A DNA stretch of 64,000 nucleotides from Eledone cirrhosa (taxonomy: Eukaryota): positions 363,692,001 through 363,756,000 of the forward strand of contig OZ024743.1 in NCBI GenBank assembly GCA_964016885.1, written 5' to 3'. A program made the translations under genes and the position numbers. Of this stretch, positions 61,006 through 64,000 are shown in pieces (within the stretch, counting starts at the first letter, position 1; every line of letters starts with the position of its first letter). The notes beneath the pieces are model-generated. The model ran no database searches. It was not told the DNA's origin and saw only the letters and a program-made list of their open reading frames with translations.

Positions 61006-63118
61006 TGTATCCTCTTGGTAAACGACCCTCTGAAGTCTCCAACTGCGTTGGGGAATTTTTCTTTTAACAGTTTGTAATGTTCTATTTTGATTTCAATTAT
61101 GTTTTTGTTTTTCGGGAGAGTTCTTGGTGTTGGTGGGGTGTAGTAGTTTTTTTCAGTGCTGTCTGTGCTGCTTTATATGATGTAAGAGTTCTTTATTTGC
61201 CATGTTTATGGCTGTGTACTTTTTGGGGGGAGGCGTAATTTGTTACTGTTTTCTTGTTGTTTCTGTTGGGTGTGTGTTTTGTTGTGTTTGCGATGTGTGT
61301 GTTTTTGGTGATGCTGGTGGTGGTGTGGTTTTTGTTGGTGGTGATGCTTGTGGTCGTGATGGTGATGGTGGTGGTGTTGCTGCAAGTCTCCTTGCAGCCT
61401 TTACCCCTCTTTGTGTGCCTTCACTTTTGGAGGGTGAAGCTAAGGGGTTTTTCCTTTTTCCTTTTTTGTGGCAGACCATTTGCCACTTCCCTCCCGCCTC
61501 ATACTCCATGTCAGATTCCGTGGCGTCTGGGAGGGGTATGAACTCCACTGCTGTTGGTGGTGGTAGTGGAGCCTGCTCCGGCGATTTTGCCGCCGGTGTA
61601 GCTACTGCGACTATTGCTGTTGCCGCCACTGCTGCCGCTGCTTTAGTTGTCCGTGGCCTTGGTATGGGTGCCACGTTGCTCTCCTACTCACCATGGAAGG
61701 GTGTTCTGCCTCTGTTGCTTGCTCGGCTTTTGGTAGCAATGGATCAGGGGTCGGAAGGAGGGGAGGCCAATTCTTGGCTGTCTTCTGTGGGCAGAAGGCC
61801 CTGAGGTGACCTTTCTGCCCACAGAGATAGCACTTTGGGCGCCTTCCTTCCACGCTTATAGGTAGTTGGAGTCCTTCTTCGATGTCTATAATGTCTGGGA
61901 TGGCCTTGATGCACTCCTGGTCAGTCTGTATTAGCATTTGCATGCCTATTCCTAACCAGTTCTCTCTTCCCATTCTCTGTATTTGCAGTATGGTGGTGGT
62001 CTTCTCGTTTCCAGCCAGTACAGACGCGACCAGCCAAGGTATGGGCACGTCTGGCTCGACGTGGGTCACTTTGACCCTCACAATTTTCTGCCCGCAGTAG
62101 GAGGTCACTAAGACTATCTTCTCACACTTTAGGGTTTCCAAAGAGTGAGACTTCGCCTCTTAGGGGGTGGCGAATAGTACGCATACTGTGGCGTACTTTC
62201 TGCCTCGAGTGATGTGGGTTTTGTGCGCCCAGACGCACCCCAAGGCCTTTTGGATTTGAGCCTCCGTGGCTCTCTCCACCCGATGTGACATTTTGCTTAT
62301 GGTGCGGTAAGTCACCGTACGCAGCTGCTGGTCTTTGAAGAAATCGGGTGGAGGTTTCAGGGAAATTCTATTGTCATTTCTTGTCACCATGGCTCTTGCG
62401 ACTGCCATCTCCTCCTCCGTGGCTAGCACTGTTTCTATATTTCGGGCCACACCTGCGAAAGAAGTGGCCGCTTTTTCAGCGGCACCATTATTGCTGCCGC
62501 TACTGCTGTTACTGGTCTTGTTATTGCTGCTGTTGCTGTTGCTACTGCTACAAACGGTGTTGTTGGTGTTGTTGCTGTTATCACTGTAGTAGTTGGTTGT
62601 GTTTTTGGTGCCACCGTTGTTGTTGTTTTCGGTGCAATTTGTATTTATGCTGTTGCTGTTGTCGTTGTTTATTTTCTTGTTAGTGGTGTTAATATCGTTA
62701 GTGCAGTCATTTTTTTTTCTGTTGTCTGTATTTTGGTTGTCGCTGTTAGTGTTGTAGTTGGTGTGGTATTTTTTAAAAAATTAGTGTTCTCAGTGTTGTC
62801 TTTGTTCACGTTGTTTGTGGTGGTGTTTGTTGTACCAATTTCTGTAACCCTCCTCTCAGCTTTTACGCCGTTGCCACACGACAGCAGACATATTGCTGGG
62901 GGTGTGGCTCAGCCATGTTTTTTTTATTTTTAAAAGTAAAATGTTCAAATATTGTTCAAATATTTGGGCCAAAAGGCCCAAATATTATACTTTCCCCTTC
63001 ACAGGGCAAGTCCAAGGGCTTATATCCCTTACACAGCAAGAACAATTAAACAACAAATAATTATAACAGGTAAATAAAGCGACTTACTGGAGCGAGCAGA
63101 AAGACGTCCGAACATACC
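61005..63118 (-). mobile_element. Tx1/L1-type 5'UTR and frameshifted ORF1 with CCHC knuckle
   Basis: VEGRRPKCYLCGQKGHLRAFCP, a low-complexity Pro/Thr tail, and a probable ATG near 62917. Confidence 0.75.
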
Positions 63119-64000
63119 AATAATAATAATAATAATGATTTCTTTATTGGCCACAAGGGCTGACATCAAGAAAAACATTACAGACGGTACGATGTGGGTT
63201 TTGTGCGTGTAAATATTTTTATTATTTATATAAGAAAAGAAAAAAAGACATAGAAACATATATATATATAAACAATAAAAATGAAAATTGAAAGAATGAA
63301 AAATTCCCCAATAGGGGGAAAATCTCCGAGGGTTCCTCGTGACGAAAACCACACAAAAGACCACGGCCACTCTGACCACCAGGGCAAGCGCCCTCTCTCA
63401 ATTTTTCCTTTTCTTAAACTACAGACGTATATTCAGAGCATTCTCGCTACATTTACCCACCTTTCAACAGACTTGCTAGAAGGCAGCACTTGCCTCTCCA
63501 CCCTGATTTTCCTCTTCAAGTGAAACTTGAAAAAGTTAATTAGGGATTCGCCGAAGAGGAAAGTGTCTGTCTTTAACCCTTTCAACCTTGTCCACCACAC
63601 AATCTCTTTCGCCATGGCCACCAGGCAGATAAAAACCGCCTGCCCTTCCTCCTCGAAGGGAGACGGCGAGACCATCTGCACAATGGACTCAGTCAATAAC
63701 TCCACAAGTCAGCAATGCTCGGGCACTGAACGAGTGCGTGCACGACGGTTTCGTCGCTCTGCGCGCATCTCGGATAGGCTCGGCTGACGGCAACTTCCGT
63801 GCCTGTAGAGCTTATCTCGAACCGGCAGCGCTCTCCGGTAGCACTGCCAGGCCAGAGATTTTTGGAAGTTATCCATACGCCCTGGGCTGAAAGTTCTCCG
63901 GAAGAGAGCAAACAGCTGATCGTCTTCGACGCCCAGGATCTCTCAGAGAACGTCGTCGCTCTTCCGCTCCACTAGTCCTCTATAGAACGCCGAGGTAGAT
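63119..64000 (-). mobile_element. Tx1/L1-clade 3' end (ORF2 C-terminus, UTR, AATAAA, (ATT)n tail)
   Basis: PRCAQSDETVVHALVQC, AKEIVWWTR. 63835-64000 is homologous to 59557-59720. Confidence 0.85.

Noticed and set aside
61202-61804. 200-aa hydrophobic plus-strand ORF
   Set aside because: It is the antisense shadow of the low-complexity Tx1 ORF1 region.
62959-62986. U2 snRNA-like GGCCTTTTGGC on the minus strand (possible Tx1 target)
   Set aside because: Only 11 nt match, and the flanks form an unrelated hairpin with no further U2 sequence.

Overview
Repeat-saturated, AT-rich animal genomic DNA, most likely an octopus or other coleoid cephalopod (inferred from the tRNA-derived SINE families and the (TA)n/(CATA)n load). 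I see no credible host protein-coding gene. Nearly all long ORFs in the track are translations of microsatellites. Real coding remnants are all transposon-derived: about 12 R4/Dong-type LINE pieces of two families sitting in (CATA)n, two CRE-clade LINE pieces, Tx1/L1 ORF1 and ORF2 pieces, RTE and CR1 3' ends, Helitrons and a Penelope-like (PLE) GIY-YIG C-terminus. The most striking structure is a set of at least 10 unrelated short fold-back elements embedded in (TA)n. Most carry a type I hammerhead ribozyme supported by covariation. About 10 families also share a bulged hairpin (RCUC-stem...stem-UN-GAGY) in their 3' tail, placed just past the end of the inverted arm. One non-coding element is a ~341-nt tandem monomer whose boundary coincides with its hammerhead cleavage site (retrozyme-like). 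All alignments and folds were done by eye, so coordinates are approximate to within a few bases.
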